A DNA stretch of 64,000 bases, from assembly GCF_963921235.1 (NCBI RefSeq), contig NC_086097.1, positions 128,714,001 to 128,778,000 of the forward strand. Direction: 5' to 3'. The position numbers and the translations under genes are program-made. Source of the DNA: Mobula hypostoma. Lineage: Eukaryota. Under the pieces are notes generated by a model. The model was given only the letters and a program-made list of their open reading frames with translations. It ran no database searches and was not told the DNA's origin. Each line of letters begins with the position of its first letter. Position 1 is the first letter of the stretch. Shown here in pieces: positions 12,755 to 26,284 of the stretch.

Positions 12755-13670
12755 TCCCAGAATGAAGTTTAATTTGGATAAATATGAAGAGTTATACTTC
12801 GGGAAGACAAAACAAGGTAGGACTTTCATATTGAACAAGAGGGCCCTGGGGAGGGCTACAATGCTGAAAATGGTGTCGCAAATGGACAGTATGGTAAAGA
12901 AGGAGCAACATACACAAAATGCTGGAGGAACTCTGAAGGCCAGGCAGCATCTATGGAAAAAAAAAGTGCAGTCGACATTTCAGGCCAAAACCCTTCAGCA
13001 GGAGGCACACTGGCCTTTATCATTCAGGACATTGAGTAGAAGTTGGGCTGTTATGTTATATTGTAAAATTTGCTGGTGAGGCTGTAAATGGAACATTGTA
13101 CTGGATTAAGTCACCCTGCTATAGAAGCAACACCATTAAGCAAGAAAGAGTGCAGAGAAGATTTACAAAGATGTTAGTGGTCCTTAAGAGACTAAGTTAT
13201 GGAGAGAGGTTGTGCAGGTTGAGACATTTTTTCATGAGAATGGTGGGTCAACTTATCGGGGCATAGAAAATTATGAGGGGACATAGACATGGTTGTTGCA
13301 CACAGAATATTTCCCAGGATTGTGGAATCAAGAATTAGAGGGCATTTATATGGTTTACTTTTTTGTATACTTATTCAATAAAAAGATTTAAAAAGAAAGA
13401 ATTAGAGGGCATAAGTTTAATATGAGAGAGAACAGATCTAATAGGACTTGTGGGGGGGGGGCAATTTTTTCACCCAGAGGATAGCTAGCATATGGAATGA
13501 ACTGCTAGAGAAGTGATTAAGGTTGCTGCATTAACAACATTTTAAAAAGATGCATAGGTAGGTACATGAATATTGAAGGTTTAGAGGATATGGACCAAAT
13601 AGAGGCAAATGGAACTAGATAGGAATCTTGGTCATCGTGGACTGTTGTAAAAAGTGGACTGTTTTTTTAT
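12755..13670 (+). mobile_element. Old CR1 fragment containing a PLE remnant (~12905-13003) and a 51-bp L1 tail
   Basis: MKFNLDKYEELYFGK and ERVQRRFTKM-like segments; the embedded gcagcatctatgg..gtcgacatttcaggcc segment is PLE-like. Confidence 0.7.
13346..13396 (+). mobile_element. Extremely 5'-truncated L1-type insertion
   Basis: Perfect 16-bp TSD aagaattagagggcat (13330-13345, 13397-13412). Ends tcaataaaaagatttaaaaag, like the tail of the L1 at 36737. Confidence 0.75.
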
Positions 13671-14429
13671 GTCTCTATTCCAATACACATATTCCCAACT
13701 TACTGGTCAGTTTCCTGACGCTATCCTGACCTTCTGATAGTTAACTCAGTGGAGTGTGAGGTCCTCAGTGATTACACAGTGAAATCTACCCATTAAACCT
13801 CTATCAGGTTCTACCTGGTTTGGGGACAGCAAATTCATTATTAGTTGACAGACTCCTTAATTCATTTAATTTAAATTAGTATTTTTAATTATTTTGGATT
13901 TTAAGATTTGTTTTTCTAAACAAAATAATCACTTAATATGTTTAACTGTTTTTTTGAAAATCAAACAGTTTCTTTCAGTTTGTATTAAACTTTCAGAAAC
14001 ATTCATAGCTTTTAACAGATTTGGCAGCTGGTGAAGCCTTGAGCGTGAATTAGACAGCCAATGTTTTTTCAGCTATTTCATGGGCAAACATTGGTCTAAG
14101 CTGCCCGATTTTGATGTCTCAGTTTTGTTATTGGGCCCTTTGTTACTTAGAACCTGACTATTAGCAACTTGATGCCTTTGTCCAGCAAGCTTATGTTGTC
14201 ACTGCACAGTGAGTAAGTGTGGATTTAGTACATTGATCAATAACAAGCACAGGTGGCAAGCTACTGATCAGAAAGTAAATGCAGGGCCCACACGGATTGA
14301 AAGAAAAATGTTTCCTGACAAATATGTCAAATCTTAATGGTATAAATGGCAGGGTACACACGGAGAAAAAAAAAGAACTTTGTTTTTTTTTATTATTTTA
14401 TGACATCTGTGGTTATAGGCAAGGCGAAG

Positions 14430-17400
14430 ATATACTGTATTGTTCACCCATCAGTCCCCGAGTAGGTTACAATTGGCCAACTTCTTGAACTGCTGCAGTC
14501 CTTCTGGTGAAGAACCATTGGATAAATGGGACAGAATGCTTCATCCAGGACAGAATTGCCCTTCCATCCCCTTTGAAGGGGAAATTTTGGGAGTTGTGTT
14601 CCTGACGTACGAGGAGGTAAGATATTGTAGTTTTGTATGGTATCATCAAAGAAATCTTGGCGAGCTGCCAAAGCATACATGGAATCCACTGCTGAAGAGA
14701 ATAAATACATTGAAATGGATTTGGAGCCAAACAGATTAACTGTTGTAGAATAGATAGTGTTGAACTTCTTGAGTGTCATCATGGAACTTATCCTGGTAAG
14801 AGGAAGGTACCCCTAAATACTCTGACTTGTGCCTTGCCAATGAAGTGCTTTGGCATATCAGAACAGGAGACTCTCACCAAGAAAGAATATTCAGCTTCTC
14901 ATCCACTCTTATAGCCATGGTATTTATATGGTTGGTCAGTGAGAGTGCTTGGTCCATGGTTTTTGATTAACGGTGACTTCAAAGATGTTACTGATGGGAT
15001 CCCGGAGAGATGGCTGGGCCATTGAATATCAAAGGGAGATGCTTGGAGTCAATAAATTCGTATTCCATGAGCACTGCTTGCCACATGTAAACCTACGTCC
15101 AGATGCCTTCTATGTTTTGCCATATGCAGGGAAGTAGCAGGGGTATGCTGAAAATGGCAACAATATGCTAAAGGATTACATGCTAATTAGAATGGGAATC
15201 GAACATTGTGCAATTGTCACCAAGCATTCTCTCTCCTAATGATAGGATGGAAAGCATGCCATCAGTGAAGCAGTGGGAGATGTTTGAACATTTAACGCTG
15301 ATCTGATGAAGTTCAACAGCAAATTCTGAGACAGAGGCTCACCCACAACGACCTTCCTTTGTGTAAGGTATAATCCCAGCCAGTGGAATGTTTTTCCTTG
15401 ATTTCAATTTTACCAAGACTCCTTGATACTACACTCTATTAATTATTGTCCTAATGTCAATGCCAGGCGCCTTGACCTTACCTCTAGAATTCAGCCTTTG
15501 GTTTGTGGTTGGAGGAAAATTCCAAAGAGGACTGAAGCCCTCAAACTAAGCATCAATGCACACATTTTTGGCGAGGAGGATATAGTTGTCAATGGTACCT
15601 ACTGATGGTTAGTTCAAACTGACATGGTGGTAATAGACTAAATTTGTTCTGCTGTCCGTGGTCATGGTGTAACTCAAAAATTCTCAATGCTGGGTGGATC
15701 ACAGTATTGCAGCTGTACTTGAATAGCTTGGACACGTCTGGAGGTAGTCCTGCAACACTGTTCTTCACCTTTTCTTGTTTACATGTGGGATGAATTGAAT
15801 TGGTGGGTGAGTGGATTCTCAACTGGTGGGGATGTCAAAAGCAGCGGTTGAGATGGATCCTGCAATCGGATCTGTTGGTTTCAAATGATAGGAGATGTTT
15901 CGACATCATCTGTTCCACTCAGATCCTGGACACACCCCTGTCCCAGATATTGAGGTAGGGATAGTGATGAAACCTCCTCCTCACATTGGCTCCTTAGTAT
16001 GACTGAAAAGCTTCAATTCTTCAAAACCTGAGGGTTCACTGTCCTCTCTGGACTTCTCATTCCATTCCCAATTAAGTTAGCAGGTAATCCTTCACTGTAT
16101 TGTTACCATTTTCAGCATGCCCCTGCTACTTACTGCTGCATGTCTACTTCTGGACTTCTTATTAAACCAACATCATATCTGGTTTGATCATAATGCCAGA
16201 GTGGCAGATATTGGGGTACAGACAGTGGTGGAATGTAAATCTGCTGCTGATGGTCTCAGTGCTTCATGACATTCTATTTCCATTTGCTCTATTTGTTCTG
16301 CATCTTCCCCATTTAGGCTGGTAGTGTGTTTGTCCACGGCAAGCGATGAGGACCACTGACATCCTTGGGTGGGTGTGTTTGTGATATCGTGACTTGTACA
16401 TGAGTTTGATTAAAGTGAGTGAGAGTTGTGCAGATCGTCAATCTCACTCTCTTGTCCTAGTCTATCTGGATCCAGTGGAAAGACAGGAGTCAAGACAACT
16501 AGAAATAGGTCAGGATGCGGTGGATGACCAGGAAGATCCATGTGTCTTGCTGTGCTCTTTGTGCCCCACATCACTTACTGGGAAATGTCCTCCTGCCTGT
16601 TGAACCAGCTGGGAGTTTTCTCCACGCAGTCCACCAAATCCAGTCTTCACATGCTTTGGGTAGACAACCTTGAAGTAACCAAGAGTTCAAAAATAAAACC
16701 CCAACGGTTACTCTCGCTGGGCTTGGCATTGCCCAGGATGAGGCCATTGACACATGCAGACAGCTTACTTGGAGCCACAGGTGAGAGCTGAGTGCCAGGT
16801 GAGTACCAAAGGTGGAGGACCTACCTTGGAAGGTATGACAGGTCTTCACACCAGAGATGCTCACCCTCCCTGACACCCTATTCACCCCAGCCTGGTAATA
16901 CTGATAGAGACAACAACATCTGGTGGGCCAAAGGGCTTGTTTGTCGACTGAAGGGCCTGCTTCCGTGCTGTACTCCATCTATCATGCTCTATCAGCTAAA
17001 AATAGAGGATGCTTTATGATGTATTCTCCACGAGCACTGTGTGGACATCACTTCTATCAATACTACAATGTCCATCTGCATCTGTCACAGAAAGACTAAT
17101 GAAGATAAAGGTCATGTCAGCTTATCCCTCTTGTCTCTGCACTTACAACCTGTCACAGACCCAGTCTGGTAACCACAGTACATTCGTCAGGACTGGGGCA
17201 GCTCAGTGGTGGTGCTATCAAACTGCACTTGATGAATATTGACACCCCCATCCAGAGTACATCATTGCACTGTTACTTTTCACTTCTTTCAAGCAGTGTT
17301 CAATAGGGACACTGAGAGAGGATGGTAAACGATAATCAGAAGACTTCCTTGCATGCTTCTAACCCAATGCATTGAGACTGATGTTCAATACATGTAGTGT
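14430..17400 (-). mobile_element. Ancient, heavily decayed L2/CR1-group LINE, interrupted at ~16325-16980
   Basis: Patchy reverse-complement resemblance to 24130-25150; no usable ORF. Confidence 0.45.
16325..16980. mobile_element. Non-autonomous interspersed repeat (probably RTE-related)
   Basis: atctggatccagtgg..gagtc.agaca..gtggatgaccagga is homologous to 27260-27330; a related inverted copy lies at ~22930-23450. Confidence 0.55.
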
Positions 17401-17639
17401 AGAATGGTTACAGAAGATCTAGATAGCGTTCTTTTTTAAAAATGTGATACAACATGTTCATCATGAAATAATAACAGAATATACTAAAAAGGACTCAGCA
17501 GGTCAAGCAGCATCTGTGGAGTGAGAAAGAAAGTTAACATTACAATATAGTTCAATAACCTTATATCCTACTAAGGTAAAGTAAGGAATCAAAGAATTTT
17601 TAAACTGTAGAAAAGGAGAAGCACTCTTTAAGCAGCATT

Positions 17640-17858
17640 AACCTTTCCACCCCTAGCTTCACCTATCACCTTCCAGCTAGTCTCTTTCCACTCCTCCTAC
17701 CTTTTTATTCTGGTATCTTTCTCCTTCCTTCTCAATCCTGAAGAAGGGTCTTGGCCCTAAACATCGACTGCTTATTCCTTTCTATGGACGCTGAGTTCCT
17801 CTAGCATTTTGCGTACGTTGCTTTGGATTTCAAACATCTGCAGGCTTTCTTGTGTTTG
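17640..17858 (+). mobile_element. Decayed PLE terminal-repeat remnant
   Basis: cctgaagaagggtcttggccctaaacatcgact is a degenerate hammerhead region, followed by the conserved catctgcag..ttgtgttt end. Confidence 0.65.
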
Positions 17859-20689
17859 TGATTAATTCTGATGCTTTTCCATTTCTGATGCAAGATCTGC
17901 ATTTCTCTCTCCATAGACATTGCCTGACATGCGAGATTTCCTGTTATTTATTTATTTTTTATTTTTAAATTTTTCCTTCAGATTTACATCATCTACAACT
18001 TTTAGAAAAATGATCATCGTAAGTTTGAAAGAGACCATGTGATCTGTAATTCCTGATGCAGATCTACAAATCCTTGCAGTGAACTTATCCATCTCTAAAA
18101 TAGTACAATTGACTTGTATAAAAAAATCATCAGTATTTGGTTATCTCCACAGCAATACAAAAGATCTTTCAGTTGTATTCATTATTAAACAACAGCAGTT
18201 GATGTGTTAATATGTACACCAGCATAGAACCAAGGAAAATAGCAAAAAAAATCATTAAAAAATTATGTTGCACAATGAGAGTAAAAAAGAAATTAATAGA
18301 TGTAGATTTAAGAATCTAGAGGTAAACCATGATATTTTGGCCTAAACACTAGCCTTTAAATTAACTATATTTAAATAGTTTCTATTGTAAATCTGTGCAA
18401 TATTTTCACATTGTGTCACTGACTCATAACATAAGCAAGGGTCACAGCAAGCAGTTGTAGTTTACAGCTTAATTATTATCTAGGCAAGTTAATTAATTCT
18501 TGCAATATGAATGTGGAATATAAATCAGTATTTATTCATCTTGCATGAAAAATGTGGGATGATTAAAAACAGACAAACTTGCCTTGGATGTTCCATGTAA
18601 TGACTCCATTAATGGGAATCATAGCATAATAAAATATATTGGGGGCTTTATTCAAATGAGCCTTCAATAGCATTCACTATTCATATAGTTTGACCTCCTA
18701 AGACATTATTTTGTGACTGAACATTAGACATAAAATACTCTGTACACCAGCCCTTATTTTTTTGTGCTTGTCTGAAAATGTATTGGAAAGGAGGTTTTCT
18801 TTTTTCTCCTTTTGATTCCGAGGTAATTTTTCAGGTCCCAGAGGGAAAAGATGGCCGGCAACATTTCAGTAATAATTGATGGTGCCATCACCTTTTGAAG
18901 ATTAAATGCATATAAACTGTGGAGGAAATTGTAAGAAAATCCTGAGGTATATGAAAGGAAGGATAGTGTATATTTCATTTCTTGATAGGTTCAACGCAGT
19001 CAGATACACAGGCAAGCTGCCTTGCGTTCATTTGGAGCCAGTATTTGCCTTTCTTTCTTAAAAGAAAGAAAACACGCAGAATAGGCTGTGGATTAGAAGG
19101 TTCAGTCTGTCCCACCGATCGTTCCTTGTAGTCCGCTGTTCCCCCTCTATTCATTGCTTACAACAAAGGGAAACAGGTTGACCTCCCCTCCCCCTTTGCC
19201 ATTCCTGCTTAGGAGGGAACTGAAAGGCACCCCCAGAGTTTATACAAACCTCATTCAATTGGCACAAAAGGAACTCAATTTGCTGAGCACCATACCCAAA
19301 AGGCTCCACATTGATTTTAAAGAAAGATCATAGTAATTATACCATTTACTCCATTTCATTCAATATCCACATTGAACCAGTGGGAGCTCAAGGGTTCATC
19401 AAACAACAATCATTTCACCTGAACCTTGTATTAATGAGGCTCACAGACTCTGACTGGATGTCTCCATTTACTTACATCCTTTCCAGAGAGTTCCAACAAC
19501 TAGATTTGTCTTTTAAAAGCATTTTTTTTTCTCCCTGCCTGTTGTGACCTTCAACCTCCTGGGTCAAGGTGCTATTAGTCATCATTTGCACATTTTATTT
19601 CTTGCCTGCTATACTTGTGCATTCAGTGCTGGTATGGCAGATTAATGACAGTTAATAATATCTGATGTATCTGGACATCACCATATAATGAGTTGTAGTC
19701 CCACTGTGCCTCAATGTGTCACCACTAACAAATTCACTGGAGTCACATGTAATTAGCATGTAAACGGAGTGATCACGCAGTAAATCAATAGAGAAGAGAT
19801 GGATTGCACCAGTAAAGCGGGGGGAAAATTATCCTCCGAGTTTCCTCTCTCAAATGTGTTTCATTGTGTGGTTTTGTTTTCCTGATTATAAACTGGGTAC
19901 AGTTTATATCTGGCAGGATTATTTCTCTTATAGCAGCCTATCTTTACAGGAACAGAGATTCGGGGGCCTTTCAACAGCTCCAGTCACCGGTCAGGCCCAA
20001 GTACAATAAGATTTGAAAATGGTAATACACACTGAATACTAGGGTATGGTACAAATGGATTTCCTTAACTTGCCCCTTGCTCATTTGTGCCTTCTATTGC
20101 ATTGCTGTATAACCAAAGCCTGGATTTAGAAACAATATTTCAACTTGTAATATTACATTATAAGGCAATTTCCAACTGTTTTCACTTTTCCATACATAGT
20201 GCTATTATGTACACATCTCACATCGTGTTATTATCGTTCTTGTTGTGGTAGGCATTAAGTTATTCATTCTGGAATGATGCATGAATTTAAGGATTCCTTA
20301 TGTATTACAAACTATTCATATGTTTTATGTATGTTCTCAGACAATACACATAATCATTTGTAATATATAAGGAATTGCTAATTCAGGCATCGTTCTAAAA
20401 TGAATAGCTTAATCCCGACCACAACAAGAGTGATAATGAGAGAAAGATATGACATTATTTAGAAAAGATCAATTTGCTGGGTGCTTTTCTTAGGGGTTTT
20501 CTTCCTTTTGAGAAAAAGAAATAGTCAGGTTCAGGGAAAATACCCAAATACAGAGTTATTTTACTGTCTGAAATATAATTTGCAACAGAATCCAATCCCT
20601 GAATGACAACACACCTTGAATTTTCAAACTGGAATCCGGTACCAAATTGCTGTTATTCTACTTCTTGCAATCTGATTTCAAGCATAATT

Positions 20690-21720
20690 AAAACTGAAAT
20701 TTGGATATTGATCTGGATATAATTGGTTTAAATATAATTCCATCTATATTTTGGAAATTTATGTCATTAAATTCAGATTATTCCCATCATTCATAGGTGC
20801 ATGATAATTCCTATCATAATTTGGATTTAGATATATATCGTAAATCAGATTTCAGATGGAATTAAGATTCACATTTTAATTCAGACTGCAAATTGGATTC
20901 TGAAATCTATAATGGCTCAGATTGTAAATGGATTTTGAGGTAGACTACGCTTTAAACTGCAGTTTGGTTTTGTAACATACATCAAAGTTGCTGGTGAACG
21001 CAGCAGGCCAGGCAGCATCTATAGGAAGAAGCGCAGTCGACGTTTCAGGCCGAGACGCTTCGTCAGGACTAACCTGACGAAGGATCTCGGCCTGAAACGT
21101 CGACTGCGCTTCTTCCTATAGATGCTGCCTGGCCTGCTGCGTTCACCAGCAACTTTGATGTATGTTGCTTGAATTTCCAGCATCTGCAGAATTCCTGTTG
21201 TTTGGTTTTGTATGTGTTTTAAAATTTAGGATTGGAATTTTGGTATTACTTTCAGATAGAATTTGTTTTATAATTTGCATCCTACCATATTTTAAAATCA
21301 GGCACCATTTGGATTCTAATTTAGACTATAAATCAGTTTGTAACTTTGATTCTAATGTGATTCTCATTCAGACTGATAATTAGATTTTATTGTGGATTAT
21401 AATTTGACTAATTTTGATCAGCCATGATGAAATGGCGGAACATACTCGATGGGCTGAATGTCCCATTTCTGCTCCTACATCTTATGGTCTAATTTAGATT
21501 GTACTTTAAATGCAGATATGGATTATAACTCAAGTTGCAATTTAGATCCTGAAGTGTTTTATAATTCAGGCTGATATTTTGATTCTGAACTGGATCATAA
21601 TTTAGTGCATAACTTAAAACTTGTGTAGTATTGCAATCATAATTTGGATTTTATTACAATGCAGGTTTGCAATAATTGGGATTGTGTTAAAATGTGTTAA
21701 TTTCAGACTATTAAAAATCA
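20690..21720. repeat. Degenerate AT-rich minisatellite ((at)aatttggatt-like unit)
   Basis: Recurrent aatttggat/aatttagat/aattggatt variants on both sides of two small insertions. Confidence 0.6.
20975..21199. mobile_element. Fold-back palindromic PLE-terminus insertion with two hammerhead cores
   Basis: Near-perfect ~93-bp inverted arms centred on ~21070. Hammerhead motifs at 21035-21070 (-) and 21074-21105 (+). 13-bp TSD gtttggttttgta (20962-20974, 21200-21212). Confidence 0.9.
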
Positions 21721-22929
21721 TATCTCACTTTAAAGAGTTTAAATGTAATGGAGGTAATTTTGCATTTCTTTTGTATGAAATATTTTCCTAATTTCCTTTG
21801 AACGATACATTGAAAAACTCAACCAATAATAATTAATTTACCATTTCTGAAGGTTTTACAAGATATAGTTCAGCACACATGCTTAAGTAGGAAACAAAGT
21901 GCTGTTGGGGTAATGTGGACATTTTTTACTCCTGATATAAATTATCCAGTAACTAATTGCTTCCATAGTTCACACCAGTGAATCATTACTTCCTGATTCT
22001 CTCTTATCCGTGAAACTCTGAAAGACGTTAAGCTATTACCATTATACCTTTCACATCATTATCACCACAGTTGCTCAACATTACTCATGGATCGAACACA
22101 GACCTGTGATCTCCACATGTAGTCTAACATAGCCAAACCCAGTTTGATGTTAATGATATAGTCCACCTCCACAGGCTGAACTGTTTGCAAAACCAAGGGA
22201 CAGAGAAAACATTGATGTGATTATTATGCTACTTACAAAGTGGTCCCACTGTAGGGTAGTCTAAAAGGTTTATGCCACATTTTAAAAGGTGTAAGCAAGT
22301 TTCCAATAGTGAAGTAAGTGGTACTTAAAGTTTAGAAAGCTTTTCAGCTTGAAAAATGTCTAAATTAATATTTGTATATTAAAGTTGCCTCAAAAATATC
22401 ATTAAATGGTCATTATTTTTTCAATTTAATTACACAAGTATGTTCCAATGTCTTAAAGTTAGCTGATGATTTTTTTTTCCTTTTTGCTTCCAGAATATTT
22501 GTGCGAATACAATTAGCTGTTCAACTAACTCGATGACATCATAGCTGTTGGATGCCAGTGATCCCCTTGAACTGACACCTTGACAGGGATTGTTATAGTT
22601 TGTGGAAAGTTTACTTTGAGGTCAGGAATAAACAGGTTTGCTTCATCACTGGCTGCAAATTCCAAGTCATACAGTCAAAATCTGGCCTGCAGTGCGAGAG
22701 GAGTGTAATTCATAAACACATTCCCTCTATTATTTTACAAAAGGGTTATGTAAACTCAACAATTTGATGTACAAATTCACAATATTAGATTTTTTTTTGT
22801 AACCTGAATGGTTTTGAATCAGTTAGTTTAGTTCATTAACTCTACAACATCATGGCAAACTAACGTTTAGTTGTTCATTCTCACCTAGCCTCTTCTGTGG
22901 CCTTGTTGTCTATTAATTAACTACTAACT

Positions 22930-23450
22930 TTGCTGAGATGGGGTGTCCAGGGAAGTGAAGGGGCTTGTCATGTCCATTCCAGAACAGCTCACTCACCTTT
23001 GGTCCCTACTGAACATTCAGTTCTCACCTGTGGCTCCCAGTAGCTGTTCGCATGTGCCACCGACCACAATCTGGTACACAGCTTTGATAGGCAGGCTAAA
23101 CCAGATGAGGGTAGCCAGTGGACCTCATTCCCCGGTGTGATGGGGACATTCCTGCCCTCGCATGTGGTCAGCTCTGGCGGACTGGGTGAATGAGATCAAC
23201 AGTGAGATCCAACAGCCCGAAAAGCAGTTCTGCAATGTTACATGGAGAACGAAGGGCATGATAAGGCACAGAAGGAGTCATTGCCATCTACTGCAACCAA
23301 GCAGTAACCTACTTTGCGATGACTACTTGTACCACTGGACCCAGACGCCCAAGGTCGAGAGAGTAGAACTCTCCCATTACAACAGCTTTTCCACTTTAAA
23401 AACTCTCCTGCATAGGTCTCCTGTGTCATTGATGGATACGACGGACAACC
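22930..23450. mobile_element. Non-autonomous repeat related to 16325-16980 and 26991-27560
   Basis: ggctaaaccagatgagggtagcc is the reverse complement of ggctaccctcacctggtttagcc (~27485-27507) with one mismatch. Confidence 0.55.
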
Positions 23451-23559
23451 AACACATCTTTCCTGTGTTACACCAATGGCTGTACTGCAATATCACTTGC
23501 TTAGTTGTAAAGTGCACTGGGATATTCTGAGATTATGAAATGGACTGTCTAGTGCAAAA

Positions 23560-24135
23560 ATGCTTTGGCTTTATAAGGCACCTCGAGTATTGAGAATGGT
23601 TTTGGGCTCCTCATCTAAGAAAAGGTGTGCTGGCATTGGAGATGGTTCAGAGGAGGTTCACAAGGATGATTCAGGGAATGAAAGGGTTATCATACGAGGA
23701 AAGTTTGATAGCTCTGGGTCTGTACTCGCTGGAATTTCGAAGGATGAGGGGGGATCTCATTGAACCCTTCCGAATGTTGAAAGGCCTACACAGAGTAGAT
23801 GTGGAAAAGATATTTCCCAAGGTGGGGGAGTCTAGGACAAGAGGGCATAGCCTCAGGATAGAGGGGCGACCATTTAAAACAAATGCAGAGAAATTTCTTT
23901 AACCAGCGGGTGGTGAATTGGTGGAATTTATTACCACAGGCAGCTGTGGAGGCCAGGTCGTTAGGTGTATTTAAGGCAGAGCTTGATAGGTTCTTGATTA
24001 GACATAGCACCAAAGGTTATAGGGAGAAGGCCGGAGAGGGCAGCTGAGGAAGGGGAAAAGAAGATCAGCCATGATTGAATGATGGAGCAGACTTGACTGG
24101 TCAAATGGCCTAATTCTGCTCTTATGTCTTATGGT
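23560..24135 (+). mobile_element. CR1 LINE 3' fragment
   Basis: ORF 23627-23902 (LEMVQRRFTRMI..LGLYSLEFRRMRGDLI) plus tail. Confidence 0.9.
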
Positions 24136-24149
24136 TTTATATTTCATTC

Positions 24150-25150
24150 CCTGTAGAAGATGTGTGAAAGATCAACAACAGAGCATCCCAGTGTCTGTGG
24201 TTGTATCTCACTTAAAGGAAAAGGTTGCCATTGTTGAAGGTCAATCACTCCAAGCCCAGCACAACCAAACAGCAGTGTCCCAGATCTATTCATCAACGAG
24301 CTCCTTTCTATCACAGGTTAAAATGGAGGTGCACACTAATCATTGCACAATATTCAATTGCACTCGCAACTCCTCAGCAAATGATGCAGCTCAAGACTGT
24401 GTACGGCAATAGCCAGAAGATGTTCAGGAATTGGCTGAGATGTGTCAAGTAACACTTGTGCCACAGAAGTTCTGGACAATGGCCATCTTCAACAGGAGAC
24501 AGCCAAAACAGGTTACCTTGACTTTTAATGGTACAACCATCATCAAATTCCCCATCAAAAACATCCATGGGGGTCAGCATTGTTCAGAAACTCATCTGGA
24601 CCAGGCACATAAATACTGTGGACAGTGGAGCAGGATAGAGACTGGGCATACTGTGCTGCATTACTCAGTCCTAATATGCCAATACGTCTTCACTATTTGT
24701 AAGGCACAAGTCAGCAATCTGATTAAATATTCTCAACTTGACTGGATGATTGTAGTTCCAATAATGCCCAAGGTGATCAAAATAATGCAGAACAGAGCAA
24801 CCCATTTAACTGGTACGCCATCTCCTATCCTAAACGTTTATCCCCTTCCTCACCTGTGCACAGAGGCTGCAACGTGCCGCACTTACAGCATATAGTGAAA
24901 GTCATTGCTTTGGCTCCACCAGCAGCATCTCCCTGTCCTGAGCCTCTGCCACAAAGATGGTCAAGGCACCACCCAAAGTACACCACCCCTTCCATGTCAG
25001 ATACCATCCTAGCTCAGAGAGGCATTATTGTTGATGGTTCTACTTCCTGGAACAATCTCATCTATCACCTTTTTGGAATACTTTCAAAGGAAAGAATGCA
25101 ACAATGGAAGGTGTCTCAGTATTATCTTGGGAAAACAAGTATCAGCTGCT
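24150..25150 (+). mobile_element. Old L2/CR1-group LINE RT fragment
   Basis: Decayed RT-like segments: VAIVEGQS, CQVTLVPQK..LTFNGTTI. Confidence 0.55.
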
Positions 25151-26284
25151 CTTTTTGGTGACAAATTTAAAAAGTGCTAAATTGTAGGTAATATTAAGGC
25201 CATTTTAAGCACAACTTCTTTCAAACAGAAACCAGATATTTACCTTATCAAACTACAGATTACTCAGTAAGCATTAGCCAGGACAGCTCTTCTTCATAAA
25301 TGTTACCATCAGGACTTTTACATCCCTCTGCGTTGGAAAAAGATCTTGCATTTACCCAAAAAGCAGCTCTGTCAGAGTGCACATCCCACTTAGTACTGTG
25401 GCGAAGATCTCCGGAGTGGGATTTGAACTCAGAGCATTCTAACTCTGAAGCAAGAAGACTACTAACTGGGACAATGCTGAAACTATTTTAAGCAAGCTCT
25501 GCACGTGATGAAATCAAAATTAGAATCAGAATCAGGCTAATTGTCACTGATATTAGTTGTGAAATTTGTTGGGTTTGTAGCAGCAGTACAGTGCGGGCAT
25601 AACAAATTAGCATAGGTCACAATACATAGAAATAAATTGTGCAAAAGAGGGAATATCAGTAATAAATTGATACCGGTAAACGAAGAAAGAAAAGCAGGTA
25701 CTTGAATTGCAAGTAGTATTAATGTGTTTGGTGGAGCTCAGATTAAAGAATTTTAAACCATGATTTACAACAGATTCCACAAGTGCAGTATAAAGTGGAC
25801 TTGGAATAATGATCATCCTCTCTGGTAAAATGCCTTACATGAGAAATAAATATCCAGTAAATGAAATATTTTTAAAAAAATCACAATTGCTCAAAATTTG
25901 AATTAAAAACAGAAAAGGCTGGAAAGAGTCAGCAGGTCAGGCAGCGCCTGTGTAAAGAGAAACACTTAATGGGACTTTCAACAAAACTAGGCAAGAAAGA
26001 AACAAGTTAGCATTGAGTTATAGAGTGGAAACAGGCTTTTAGTCCAGCTCTTCCATGGTGACCAAGATGCCCACATAAGCTAGTCCATTTGCACACATTT
26101 GGCCTATATTTCACTAAACCATTTGTATCCATGTACTGTACCTGTCCAGAAGTTATTTAAATATCATTATTGTACCTGCCTCAACAGTTTCCTCTGGTGA
26201 ATAGGTAGGTGCAAGGAAGGAATAGGTAGGTTCTATCTGCCTTGTTGAGTTTTTGCAGCATTTTCTGTTCTTATCTTTTTTCTA

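Noticed and set aside
22468..22626. Strong polypyrimidine tract plus CAG acceptor and a downstream GT
   Set aside because: All three frames have stops and the donor is weak; no support for a coding exon.
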